In this document: one piece after another, positions 19,935 through 28,528 of the stretch
Numbering within the stretch: position 1 is the stretch's first letter
How the letters are laid out: every line of letters begins with the position of its first letter
Origin: an uncultured Clostridia bacterium
Lineage (GTDB): Bacteria; Bacillota; Clostridia; Peptostreptococcales; Anaerovoracaceae
DNA length: 51,460 bases
Direction: 5' to 3'
NCBI GenBank assembly: GCA_944382925.1
Contig: CALWNX010000025.1
Span: forward strand, 1-51,460
The notes under the pieces: model-generated
Database searches by the model: none
What the model saw: the letters and a program-made list of their open reading frames with translations, nothing else
What the model was told of the DNA's origin: nothing
Program-made: the position numbers and the translations under genes

Positions 19935-20911
19935 TGGAAAAGAAAACTTACAGTAATTTAGTAGTTTCATCAGCGCCTCATATCGTAAGCAACATGGACA
20001 CCAGCAGGATCATGATGATGGTGATCCTGGCCCTCATGCCTTCGCTGTTTGTGAGCATCTACGTGTTCGGCTTCAGAGTGCTGACGCTGACGCTGGCCTG
20101 CGTCGTAGCTTCCGTTTTCTTCGAGTGGGCCTGGAACAAGCTGATGAAAAGACCACAGACGGTCGGCGACCTCAGCGCTGTGGTTACGGGCGTGCTGATC
20201 GCCTTCAACGTTCCTTCGGGACTGCCTTACTGGATCGCCGTTTTAGGTTGCTTTGTCGGTATCGTGATCGTAAAGCAGCTCTTTGGCGGTCTCGGCAAGA
20301 ACATCGCCAATCCGGCTATCACGGCCAGAATCGTGCTGTTCCTGTCCTTCGCTACTGAAATGACCACCTGGCCGCTGCCGAGAATGGCCGTAGACGCCAC
20401 CTCGACCGCCACCCCGCTGGGAATCCTCAAGGAAGGCGGCGGAGATCTGCCGAACAACCTGGAAATGTTCCTCGGCTTTATCGGCGGTTCCATGGGTGAG
20501 GTCAGCGCCATCGCGCTCCTGGTCGGCGGTCTGTTCCTGATCTGGAAGAAGATCATCAGCCCGATCATCCCGGTATGCTTCATCGGCAGCGTGTTCGTAT
20601 TCGCCGCCATCTATTACGGAGTGACCGGTACGGGCGACGCTCTGGACATGGCTGTCTTCCACGTACTGGCCGGCGGCGTTATGCTCGGAGCCTTCTTCAT
20701 GGCGACCGACTACGTGACGACTCCGCTGCTTCCGGCCGGAAAGGTCGTATTCGGTATCGGCTGCGGCCTGATAACCATGATAATAAGACTCTGGGGTCAG
20801 TACCCTGAGGGCGTTTCCTTCTCCATACTGATCATGAACTGTCTGACACCGCTTATCAATAACTTCTTCCAGAAGAGAATGTATGGAGGTGCGAAGAAAC
20901 ATGAAAAGTAA
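19934..20911 (+). CDS. rnfD: Rnf complex subunit D
   Basis: The ATG at 19934 overlaps the rnfC stop by 1 nt (MEKKTYSNLVVSSAPHI...). Polytopic NqrB/RnfD-like, with a TSTATPLG flavinylation-type motif. The upstream part of the track ORF lies inside rnfC. Confidence 0.93.
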   Translation: MEKKTYSNLVVSSAPHIVSNMDTSRIMMMVILALMPSLFVSIYVFGFRVLTLTLACVVASVFFEWAWNKLMKRPQTVGDLSAVVTGVLIAFNVPSGLPYWIAVLGCFVGIVIVKQLFGGLGKNIANPAITARIVLFLSFATEMTTWPLPRMAVDATSTATPLGILKEGGGDLPNNLEMFLGFIGGSMGEVSAIALLVGGLFLIWKKIISPIIPVCFIGSVFVFAAIYYGVTGTGDALDMAVFHVLAGGVMLGAFFMATDYVTTPLLPAGKVVFGIGCGLITMIIRLWGQYPEGVSFSILIMNCLTPLINNFFQKRMYGGAKKHEK

Positions 20912-21473
20912 TACGTTTAAAGAATACATCCAGCCGGTCGTAGTCCTGGTGGCTATCTGTCTGGTGATCACCTTCGCGCTGGCTTATGTCAATTCAATCA
21001 CCGCGCCGATCATCGCCGACAACACCAAGAGGGCGCAGGACGCGGCCAGAGCTGAGCTGCTGCCGGCGGCCGAAACCTTTGAGCAGTACACCGGCGATCT
21101 GGTAGTGCTTTCGCCTGACAAGGTATATGTATCGGACTGCTACATAGCTGAGGGTGCGGGCATGGTAGTGACCGTAGAATCTTCCTCTTACGGCGGACTT
21201 CTGACCGCTATGGTCGGCATCGACAGCGAGGGCGCTGTGACCGGCGTACAGGTAACGGCTCACAACGACACCATGGGTCTGGGCACCAAGGCGCACACGC
21301 CTGACTACCTCTCCCAGTATCAGGGAGTGACGGAGCTGGCCGGCGCCGACAGCATCAAGGGAGACACCTCCGTTTCGTTCATCAGCGGTGCGACGATCTC
21401 CTCCAACGCCCTTTATCAGGCCGTATGCGCAGCGCTTGAACAGTATCAGGCGATCGAAGGAGGTGCTAACTAA
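20901..21473 (+). CDS. rnfG: Rnf complex subunit G
   Basis: N-terminal TM anchor and FMN-binding domain with SGATISS motif. GGAGG 10 nt upstream of the ATG at 20901. Confidence 0.9.
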   Translation: MKSNTFKEYIQPVVVLVAICLVITFALAYVNSITAPIIADNTKRAQDAARAELLPAAETFEQYTGDLVVLSPDKVYVSDCYIAEGAGMVVTVESSSYGGLLTAMVGIDSEGAVTGVQVTAHNDTMGLGTKAHTPDYLSQYQGVTELAGADSIKGDTSVSFISGATISSNALYQAVCAALEQYQAIEGGAN

Positions 21474-22225
21474 TGAAAGAAAAAGTAAATAGATTAGCAG
21501 TCTTCACCAAGGGCATAATCAAGGAAAACCCGAACCTGGTATTGTTGCTGGGTACATGTCCGACGCTGGCGACCACGTCTTCGGCCTTCAACGGCATGGG
21601 TATGGGTATCGCCGCCACCGTCGTGTTGATCTGCTCCAACATCGTAATATCGATCTTAGCCAAGGCAATTCCTGACAAGGTCAGGATCCCGTGCTACATC
21701 GTAGTTATCGCCGGCTTTGTAACGCTGGTACAGTTCATCGTACAGGCCTTTGCCGAGCCGCTGTATAACTCGCTGGGCGTGTTCCTGCCGTTGATCGTAG
21801 TAAACTGCATCATCCTCGGCAGAGCCGAAATGTTCGCCAACAAGAACGGCGTGCTGGATTCCGCTCTCGACGGAGCCGGCATGGGTCTGGGCTTTACGCT
21901 TTCGCTGACCCTCATCGGTGCGGTAAGAGAGATCATCGGTTCCGGCACCATCGGTTCCGGCTTCTTCCTCGGCGGCGACGAGCTGGCCGAAAAGCTGACC
22001 ATCGCCCTGCCGTTTATTTCCGAGCATCCGATGATGATCGTGGCGCTGGCTCCGGGCGGATTCTTCATCTACGCCTGCGCTATCGCCGTTGTCAACAAGA
22101 TCCTCACTTCCAAGGGCAAGAAGCCGAGAGAGTTCAGCTGTCAGGGCTGCGCGCTGGCTTCCATCTGTCAGCAGGAGAAGTGCATCAAGGAATTGGATAA
22201 ATTAGAGAAAGGAGCTGAAAACTAA
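21473..22225 (+). CDS. rnfE: Rnf complex subunit E
   Basis: 250 aa. Polytopic NqrD/RnfE-like (NPNLVLLLGTCPTLATT). Start overlaps the rnfG stop. Confidence 0.92.
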   Translation: MKEKVNRLAVFTKGIIKENPNLVLLLGTCPTLATTSSAFNGMGMGIAATVVLICSNIVISILAKAIPDKVRIPCYIVVIAGFVTLVQFIVQAFAEPLYNSLGVFLPLIVVNCIILGRAEMFANKNGVLDSALDGAGMGLGFTLSLTLIGAVREIIGSGTIGSGFFLGGDELAEKLTIALPFISEHPMMIVALAPGGFFIYACAIAVVNKILTSKGKKPREFSCQGCALASICQQEKCIKELDKLEKGAEN

Positions 22226-22800
22226 TGGGAGAGTATATAACTATTCTGATTGGTATAATCTTAGTTAACAACTATGTTCTCGCTCAGTTCCTCGGTATCT
22301 GTCCGTTCCTCGGCGTATCGAAAAAGCTGGATTCGGCTGTCGGCATGGGTGTGGCCGTTATCTTCGTAATGGTTCTGGCTACCGCCGCCACCTATCCGAT
22401 CCAGATGCTGCTCAACGACCTGAACATAGGTTACCTGCAGACCATCGTGTTCATCCTCATCATCGCTGCCCTCGTGCAGTTCGTGGAGATGGCACTGAAA
22501 AAATTCATTCCGTCGCTGCATAAGGCCCTGGGCGTGTACCTGCCGCTGATCACCACCAACTGTGCTGTTCTCGGCGTGTGCATCAACAACATCGATTCGG
22601 GCTACAACTACATGCAGTCGCTGGTCAACTCGTTCGGCGCAGGCGTCGGCTTCCTTCTGGCCATGGTGATCTTCTCCGGCATGAGAAGCAAGCTCGAAGG
22701 AAACGACAAGATCCCGGCGCCTTTCCAGGGAGTTCCGATCACCATGACCTCGGCAGCCATTCTGTCGCTGGCCTTTATGGGATTCGGCGGATTAGTGTAA
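22225..22800 (+). CDS. rnfA: Rnf complex subunit A
   Basis: 191 aa. NqrE/RnfA-like (VNNYVLAQFLGICPFLGVS). Start overlaps the rnfE stop. Confidence 0.93.
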   Translation: MGEYITILIGIILVNNYVLAQFLGICPFLGVSKKLDSAVGMGVAVIFVMVLATAATYPIQMLLNDLNIGYLQTIVFILIIAALVQFVEMALKKFIPSLHKALGVYLPLITTNCAVLGVCINNIDSGYNYMQSLVNSFGAGVGFLLAMVIFSGMRSKLEGNDKIPAPFQGVPITMTSAAILSLAFMGFGGLV

Positions 22801-22817
22801 GATAGGAGGCGAAACAA

Positions 22818-23684
22818 ATGAGTGAGATTATGATACCGGTATTGCTGGTAGTCGCGATGGGTTTCGTCTTTGCCGTGATCCTGACTATCGCTTCCAAGAT
22901 ATTCTTCGTACCTGTAGACGAGACCGTTACCAACCTCAGGGCTGAGCTGCCGGGCGCCAACTGCGGAGCCTGCGGCTTTGCCGGCTGCGACGATTACGCG
23001 GCGGCCCTGGCTGCTGATCCTTCGATCGGCGCCAACAAGTGCCCGGTCGGCGGTGCTGACGTAGCCGCCAAGCTGGCTGCGATCCTCGGCATCGACGCCG
23101 GTTCAACCGAGCCGCAGGTAGCTGTCGTAATGTGTAACGGCAACGCTCAGGCCGCCAAGAAGCTGATGGAATATCAGGGCCTTTCGACCTGCACGGCTGC
23201 CAAGCAGCTGTTCGGCGGCGACAACATGTGCCCTTACGGCTGTCTGGGTCTGGGCGACTGCGAGGCCGCCTGCGCTTACGACGCCATCCATGTCTGCGAC
23301 GGCGTGGCGGTAGTCAACAGAGATGCGTGCGTGGGCTGCGGCGTCTGTGCCAAGACCTGCCCTAACCACGTGATCAGAATTGCTCCGGCCAAGAACAAGG
23401 TAGTTGTTCAGTGCCATTCCAAGGACAGCGGCGCCAAGACCAGAAAGGCCTGCACCAACGGCTGCATCGCCTGCAAGAAGTGCGAGAAGGTCTGCAAGTT
23501 CGAGGCGATCAAGGTCGAGGACAACCACGCCATGATCGACCCGGAAAAGTGCAAGAACTGCGGTCTGTGCGCCAAGGAGTGTCCGACGGGCGCGATCAAC
23601 AACATGAGAGCAAAGAGAAAACCGGCAGCTTCTTCCGCTCCGGCTTCCTCCGCTCCTGCGGCTGAAGAAGCAAAAGAAGCGTAA
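22818..23684 (+). CDS. rnfB: Rnf complex subunit B (polyferredoxin)
   Basis: N-terminal TM helix, a CGACGFAGC motif and several CxxCxxCxxxCP clusters. Ala/Ser/Pro-rich tail. Confidence 0.92.
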   Translation: MSEIMIPVLLVVAMGFVFAVILTIASKIFFVPVDETVTNLRAELPGANCGACGFAGCDDYAAALAADPSIGANKCPVGGADVAAKLAAILGIDAGSTEPQVAVVMCNGNAQAAKKLMEYQGLSTCTAAKQLFGGDNMCPYGCLGLGDCEAACAYDAIHVCDGVAVVNRDACVGCGVCAKTCPNHVIRIAPAKNKVVVQCHSKDSGAKTRKACTNGCIACKKCEKVCKFEAIKVEDNHAMIDPEKCKNCGLCAKECPTGAINNMRAKRKPAASSAPASSAPAAEEAKEA

Positions 23685-23720
23685 ACCAACCTTTCTAATA
23701 TGATAAAAATATGATAAAAA

Positions 23721-23752
23721 CCACCCGCACCAAAGACGGCGCGGGTGGTTTT
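23721..23752 (+). terminator. intrinsic terminator of the rnf operon (hairpin copy 1)
   Basis: CCACCCGC...GCGGGTGG stem followed by TTTT, 37 nt after the rnfB stop. Confidence 0.8.
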
Positions 23753-24216
23753 GACTGTGGACAAACTCCGCTGCAAACAAATCCCGCCGCAGACAGCCCC
23801 GCCAGACCTGAGTCAGCTCGATGTTGGCTTTTTGCTGCGCCTGAGCCAAAACAGACAACGTCGGCGGCCGATGCCATTTCGCCCGTATGTTGTAATTAAA
23901 GAGCGAGCTTGGTTTTTGTTACAACATTTTTGCGGCGAACCGTACCCACACAGTCAGTAAAAGCAACCAATGTTGTATTTTTGCGGCAAAGCTGCACTGG
24001 TTACAACATTTTGGTTGTAATCACGGCAGGAATTTGCAAAATATTACAACATCGCGCCCAAGTCGCTCGCAAAAACGGCCCGGCTGACGCTCAATTGTTG
24101 TAGTTTTTTGTTTATAGGCAAAAAACTACAACATTCACCATTAAACGAAGAGAAAACCAGCAGCATCCCCAGATAAATTCACTAATGAAGTTGCCTGGGG
24201 GTTTGTCGACACTCTG
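23753..24216 (+). mobile_element. family-2 non-coding TIR element (MITE-like), full-length copy E
   Basis: Inverted ends GACTGTGGACAAACTCC (23753-69) and GGGGGTTTGTCGACACTCTG (24197-216). Abutted on both sides by a 30/33-identical copy of the rnf terminator hairpin (23719-52 and 24217-49). Confidence 0.55.
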
Positions 24217-24301
24217 AACCACCTCCGCCAAAGACGGCGCGGGTGGTTTGTTCTGTTGCTCAAACTTGGTTTTTGGCTAACAAAAAGCGCGCACTACGGC
24301 C

Positions 24302-24991
24302 TTAAGGCTCGGGCACCGGGTCCATGGTCGCGGCCATCTCCCAGAGCACATCCATATCGCAGGTGCCCTGCAGCATGTAAAAATCAGTGCCGTCGGTCCA
24401 GAAGAGGGCGTTGGTCCCTTCCTTGCGGTAAGAGTAACCTTTAAAGCCGTTTATGGAAACCTCTCTGAAGTCGGCGTTTTCGTTGTCGATGCCAACTGTA
24501 GAATTTGTGATGCCGTAGGAACGAATATAGAGAATAAGGTATCCTTTTTTGTCAGAACATTCAAAGCCAAAAGAGGCATCATCGTTATATTCTTTATCAA
24601 TTGTGTAACCGCCCGGAATCTGAGGATCTAATGAAACCGGCGGCAGCTCTCCCTCTCTTTCAAAAGTAACATCCAGCGTACCATACAGATCATTTTGCGT
24701 TTCGTTCCACTGTATCTTTGGCTCCGTCGACGCCTTTTCCGGTTGAGACTTTACCGCGGCGTAACAGGTGACAGCAAAAAGCATCAGAGCGATGAGAACG
24801 ATCAGAGCTCTTCTTATGCGGCGGCGGCCGACGCTGACGTAGCGATAGCCGGACTGCCGCGTGAGACAGGCGATCTTGTCGCTGAACGCAGCAGAAAATT
24901 CGTGATCCTCGTATGGATTTGCAAAGTTGTCCAGCCAGGCAAATTCATCATTGAGCGCCTGGCGGAGAGCCGATCGGTATGTATTGTTCAT
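24302..24991 (-). CDS. membrane-anchored anti-sigma-like protein (DUF4367-like C-terminal domain)
   Basis: 229 aa. One TM helix (ALIVLIALMLFAVTCYAAV). Start overlaps the stop of the upstream ECF sigma gene by 4 nt (ATGA). Confidence 0.6.
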   Translation of the reverse strand: MNNTYRSALRQALNDEFAWLDNFANPYEDHEFSAAFSDKIACLTRQSGYRYVSVGRRRIRRALIVLIALMLFAVTCYAAVKSQPEKASTEPKIQWNETQNDLYGTLDVTFEREGELPPVSLDPQIPGGYTIDKEYNDDASFGFECSDKKGYLILYIRSYGITNSTVGIDNENADFREVSINGFKGYSYRKEGTNALFWTDGTDFYMLQGTCDMDVLWEMAATMDPVPEP

Positions 24992-25527
24992 AATTCATAA
25001 CCTTCTTCGATAAGCAGATGGCGCAGCATCAATCTGGCGCGCTGGACGCGCTTTTTTACGCTTTCAAGAGAAGCGCCAAGCAGGCTGGCTGTTTCCCCCA
25101 GAGAATAGCCGTATACGTGGTAAAGATAGAGCGCGTCGCGGTAAATATCCGGCAGCTTGAGGATACATTCGGTCAGCTGCTTTTCCGCAACCTGTTCAAA
25201 CAGCTCGTCGATATTGCCTCTTGTGCGGTCAAGAAACTCGAGCTCTTCTTCAAAGCCATGGCAGGCTTGTTTTTTCATCGTCAACGCTGCATTTCTAGTA
25301 ATAATAACCGTAAAATTCCTCGTTTGGGGACAAGAAACTTCGCCGACTTTGTGCATGTTACGGGCGATGCGCAGCAGCGCTTCCTGCACGGCGTCCTCTG
25401 ACAGCTGTTCGTCGCCCAGGATCTGCCGCGCAATATAGAACATCAGCCGGCTGTAGCGTTCGTAAAGCGCGGCGAATTTTGCCCTGTCTTCATCTGTGTC
25501 GATCATTGCCAGATATAGCGAAAGCAT
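24988..25527 (-). CDS. ECF-type RNA polymerase sigma-70 factor
   Basis: 179 aa. Region 2 (EDAVQEALLRIARN) and region 4 HTH (YGYSLGETASLLGASLESVKKRVQRAR). AGGAGG SD. Confidence 0.85.
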   Translation of the reverse strand: MLSLYLAMIDTDEDRAKFAALYERYSRLMFYIARQILGDEQLSEDAVQEALLRIARNMHKVGEVSCPQTRNFTVIITRNAALTMKKQACHGFEEELEFLDRTRGNIDELFEQVAEKQLTECILKLPDIYRDALYLYHVYGYSLGETASLLGASLESVKKRVQRARLMLRHLLIEEGYEL

Positions 25528-25680
25528 CTGATAATTCCTCCTGCCAAGCTTCTGCTCTCATTATAGCTGATATGTAAACAGAAATAAACTTAAATATTTT
25601 ATTTTCTCCTGTCCCTAAATGCCGGCGAAGGTGGTTTATATGGATAAAGGGGTCAGATTGTTAGTGGAAAGAGGGGAATC

Positions 25681-25788
25681 ATGATGGGAAAAACGAGTCA
25701 CGTTAAAAAAAGCACAAAAATTATCATAATCGTTTGCTGCGTGATCGTTGTATGCGCCGTTGTTTTCAAATTATGCGAAAGCAACTGA
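25681..25788 (+). CDS. candidate 35-aa small membrane protein (below ORF-track cutoff)
   Basis: ATGATGGGAAAA...AACTGA encodes MMGKTSHVKKSTKIIIIVCCVIVVCAVVFKLCESN. Lys-rich N-terminus plus one hydrophobic helix. AGAGGGG SD 5-6 nt upstream. Lies upstream of a membrane-protein gene. Confidence 0.35.
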   Translation: MMGKTSHVKKSTKIIIIVCCVIVVCAVVFKLCESN

Positions 25789-25898
25789 TTTTTAGTCATC
25801 AGCTTTGTGGGGGGGCGGGAAACCTTAACATTACATAGAACAATGACAAGCGGGACCCCGCCTCTCGCAGAAACAAGAACAGAAGGGGAGGGACAGCG

Positions 25899-26444
25899 AT
25901 GAAAACTCTGTTAAAAAAATACGCGCCGCTCAAATGGTATATATGCCTGCTCATAATTCTGCTTGCAACCAGCATAGTGGGCATCGTGTATGTGGTTTAT
26001 GTCAACTTCTACTTTTGCGAAACCCTGATATACACGGGAACTCCTCCTTTTACCTGGGGTGTGGATGAAGGCTGGGGCACAAACGTTTTATTCTATCTGG
26101 CAGACGCCGTATTTACGTGGATGATGTGGCTTTCCATGGGGCTGATATTCCGCGCTCTGAAGAACAACTCTATAGTCGATAACAGATTCCTTAACGTGCA
26201 GTTTCCGATTGCCGGCGCTGTATTGCTCATATATTCCGGATTTTGCACAGAAGTATTTAAAAATCAGGTGCTGCGCACCTTTGAGGAGCACCCGGCGCCG
26301 TTCATATACGAAGGCGGCGAAGTAACGGTTGCGTCCTTGTTCTTTCCGCTGATAATTATGAGCATTTTGTTTTTGTATATAGGAATTTTTCAGCTTCGTT
26401 ACATCAAAAAAAGCAAGACACAGGAGTGTTGCCTGAACAATTGA
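25899..26444 (+). CDS. hypothetical polytopic membrane protein
   Basis: 181 aa with 4-5 predicted TM helices. GGGGAGGG SD. Visibly lower GC than the surrounding genes. Confidence 0.6.
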   Translation: MKTLLKKYAPLKWYICLLIILLATSIVGIVYVVYVNFYFCETLIYTGTPPFTWGVDEGWGTNVLFYLADAVFTWMMWLSMGLIFRALKNNSIVDNRFLNVQFPIAGAVLLIYSGFCTEVFKNQVLRTFEEHPAPFIYEGGEVTVASLFFPLIIMSILFLYIGIFQLRYIKKSKTQECCLNN

Positions 26445-26470
26445 ATTTTAAAAAGCAAATATGGTATAAT
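26441..26470 (+). promoter_or_regulatory. candidate sigma-A promoter of the amidohydrolase gene
   Basis: TTGAAT, 18-nt spacer, TATAAT with an extended TG (TGGTATAAT). Confidence 0.5.
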
Positions 26471-26528
26471 CATAATGATAGCGTTTTAAGCTTTCAGAAA
26501 ACATGATAAAGAGAGGACAGACGCAATT

Positions 26529-28151
26529 ATGAAAACCATTTTGTTTAACGGCAAGGTGCAAACTGGCGACGGCGGGTACTGTGAGGCGCTGCTGATGGAA
26601 GACGGCGTGATCACGGCCGTGGGCACGAACGCAGAAATCCTGGAGCTTGCAGATGAAAACACAAAGAGCCTGGATCTTGGCGGCAGGCTGGTGCTGCCGG
26701 GCTTCAACGACAGCCACATGCACTTTTTAAATGTGGGATACAATTTTTCTCAGGTCGACCTCAGCAAAACGAAATCTATTGCTGAGGCGCTTGAGCTGTG
26801 CAGAGAATACATACGCCAAAATAATGTGGAAAAAGGCCGCTGGGTGCAGTGCTTCGGCTGGAATGAGGACAACTGGAGCGACAAACGCCCTCTCGACCGC
26901 CGCGATCTCGATCAGATCTCGACGGAGCATCCGATCCTGGCAGCCAGAGTCTGCACGCACGCGACAGCCGTCAATTCAAAGGCGCTTGAGCTTTTAAACA
27001 TCAGAAAAGGCTCTCCGCAGCCGGAAACAGGCGCGTTTGAGGTGGACCGGGACGGCGAGCCGACCGGCATGCTCTACGAAATGCTTTCTCAGGTGAGCAG
27101 CATCATTCCGGAGCCGACCGTAGAGGAAATCAAAAAGATGATCGCCGACATGGGCCGGGCGGCTTCCGCCAAGGGGCTTACCTCCGTGCAGTCAGACGAT
27201 CTTGAAAGCGTGCCGGGCAATAATTTCCGCAACGTGATCACCGCTTTTCAGGAGCTGGCCGGCGCTGGCGAGCTGCCGGTGCGCGTCTACGAGCAGTGCC
27301 GTCTGACGGATATGGCAGCGTACAGACGTTTTGCTGAAGCCGGCTATCGCGTCGGTATGGGCAACGATGTTTTCCGTCTCGGAGCCCTGAAAACTTTCTG
27401 CGACGGTTCGCTGGGCGCGCGTACCGCCTGGCTCAAGGATGACTACAGCGATGCGCCGGGCGTGAAGGGCATCAGCATTTACGAAAAAGACGAAGATCTG
27501 GAGGAGCTGGTGCAGGCGGCTCACGATGACGGCATGTCCGTGGCTATTCACTGCATAGGCGACGCTGCGGCTGAGCAGGCGGTCAGAGCTATCGAAAAAG
27601 CCATCGCCCGCAATCCGCACACGCATAACCGCCATGGCATCGTCCACGCACAGATTCTCAACGCCGATCTGATTGAAAGAATCAGGGCGGCCGGCATCAT
27701 CGCCTATATTCAGCCTGTCTTTCTCGAATATGACCTGCACATCGCCGAAGACCGCGTGGGTAGCGAACGTCTCAAGGACAGCTATGCTTTCCGCCAGATG
27801 TACGAGAAAGGCATCAAGGTGCCGTTTGGCACCGATTCGCCGGTAGAAGATTTCAATCCGCTGAAAAACCTCTACTGCGCCGTGACCGGCAAGGATTTTA
27901 ACGGTTATCCGCCGCAGGGATGGCACAAGGAAAAGCTGTTTACGCTCGCGCAGGCCGTGGAGTGCTACACGCAGCATCCGGCTTACGCATCCTTTGAAGA
28001 AGAGAAAAAGGGCCTGCTTGCGCCCGGCTTCCTGGCCGATATGGTTGTCTTTGAGCAGGATCTGTTTGCGATCGCACCGGAGGAAATCAAGGACGCCGAG
28101 GTTTACATGACGATCATGGGCGGAAAGATTAGATACAAAAAAGGTGAGTAA
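26529..28151 (+). CDS. metal-dependent amidohydrolase (Amidohydro_3 / YtcJ-like)
   Basis: 540 aa. LPGFNDSHMHF metal motif near the N-terminus and AIHCIGD / GIVHAQ / FGTDSP downstream motifs. Confidence 0.85.
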   Translation: MKTILFNGKVQTGDGGYCEALLMEDGVITAVGTNAEILELADENTKSLDLGGRLVLPGFNDSHMHFLNVGYNFSQVDLSKTKSIAEALELCREYIRQNNVEKGRWVQCFGWNEDNWSDKRPLDRRDLDQISTEHPILAARVCTHATAVNSKALELLNIRKGSPQPETGAFEVDRDGEPTGMLYEMLSQVSSIIPEPTVEEIKKMIADMGRAASAKGLTSVQSDDLESVPGNNFRNVITAFQELAGAGELPVRVYEQCRLTDMAAYRRFAEAGYRVGMGNDVFRLGALKTFCDGSLGARTAWLKDDYSDAPGVKGISIYEKDEDLEELVQAAHDDGMSVAIHCIGDAAAEQAVRAIEKAIARNPHTHNRHGIVHAQILNADLIERIRAAGIIAYIQPVFLEYDLHIAEDRVGSERLKDSYAFRQMYEKGIKVPFGTDSPVEDFNPLKNLYCAVTGKDFNGYPPQGWHKEKLFTLAQAVECYTQHPAYASFEEEKKGLLAPGFLADMVVFEQDLFAIAPEEIKDAEVYMTIMGGKIRYKKGE

Positions 28152-28517
28152 ATGGCAGAGATAAAAAAAGAAAAGGCGGACTTCAGCCGCAGCAATCTGC
28201 GCAGCCTCGACGTTTCCAGAGACGAGCACATCGTCAGCCTGGACTGCCGGGAAAATCCGCTCATTTTTATAAAGAGCAACGTGCCCGCAGCGCCCGCGTC
28301 TGCGCGGGGCGAATTGATCCTGCGTGCCTGCAAGGGCGGAACGGTCGGCCTGCAGTACAGCCCTTTGGAGGGGCAGAATTATTATGCTTACGCCGACGAA
28401 GGCTACAGGTTTGAGGGCTGGTACGATGTGCTCGGAGACCGTCTTTCGCGCGAGGCCGTCTGGCACGACGCCTATGGCACTGCCCGCGAGATTTTCGCTA
28501 TGTTTGTGAAAGCGTGA
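28152..28517 (+). CDS. hypothetical 121-aa protein with LRR-like and Listeria-Bacteroides-repeat-like (GYRFEGWYD) segments
   Basis: The ATG immediately follows the amidohydrolase stop. Resembles a fragment of a larger surface-protein repeat architecture. No signal peptide. Confidence 0.4.
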   Translation: MAEIKKEKADFSRSNLRSLDVSRDEHIVSLDCRENPLIFIKSNVPAAPASARGELILRACKGGTVGLQYSPLEGQNYYAYADEGYRFEGWYDVLGDRLSREAVWHDAYGTAREIFAMFVKA

Positions 28518-28528
28518 GTTTGTAACAA

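Noticed and set aside
18624-23684. The rnf cluster was considered as a candidate novel system.
   Set aside because: It has the canonical rnfCDGEAB order and motifs of the clostridial ferredoxin:NAD+ oxidoreductase. Nothing is unusual except the element inserted at its terminator.
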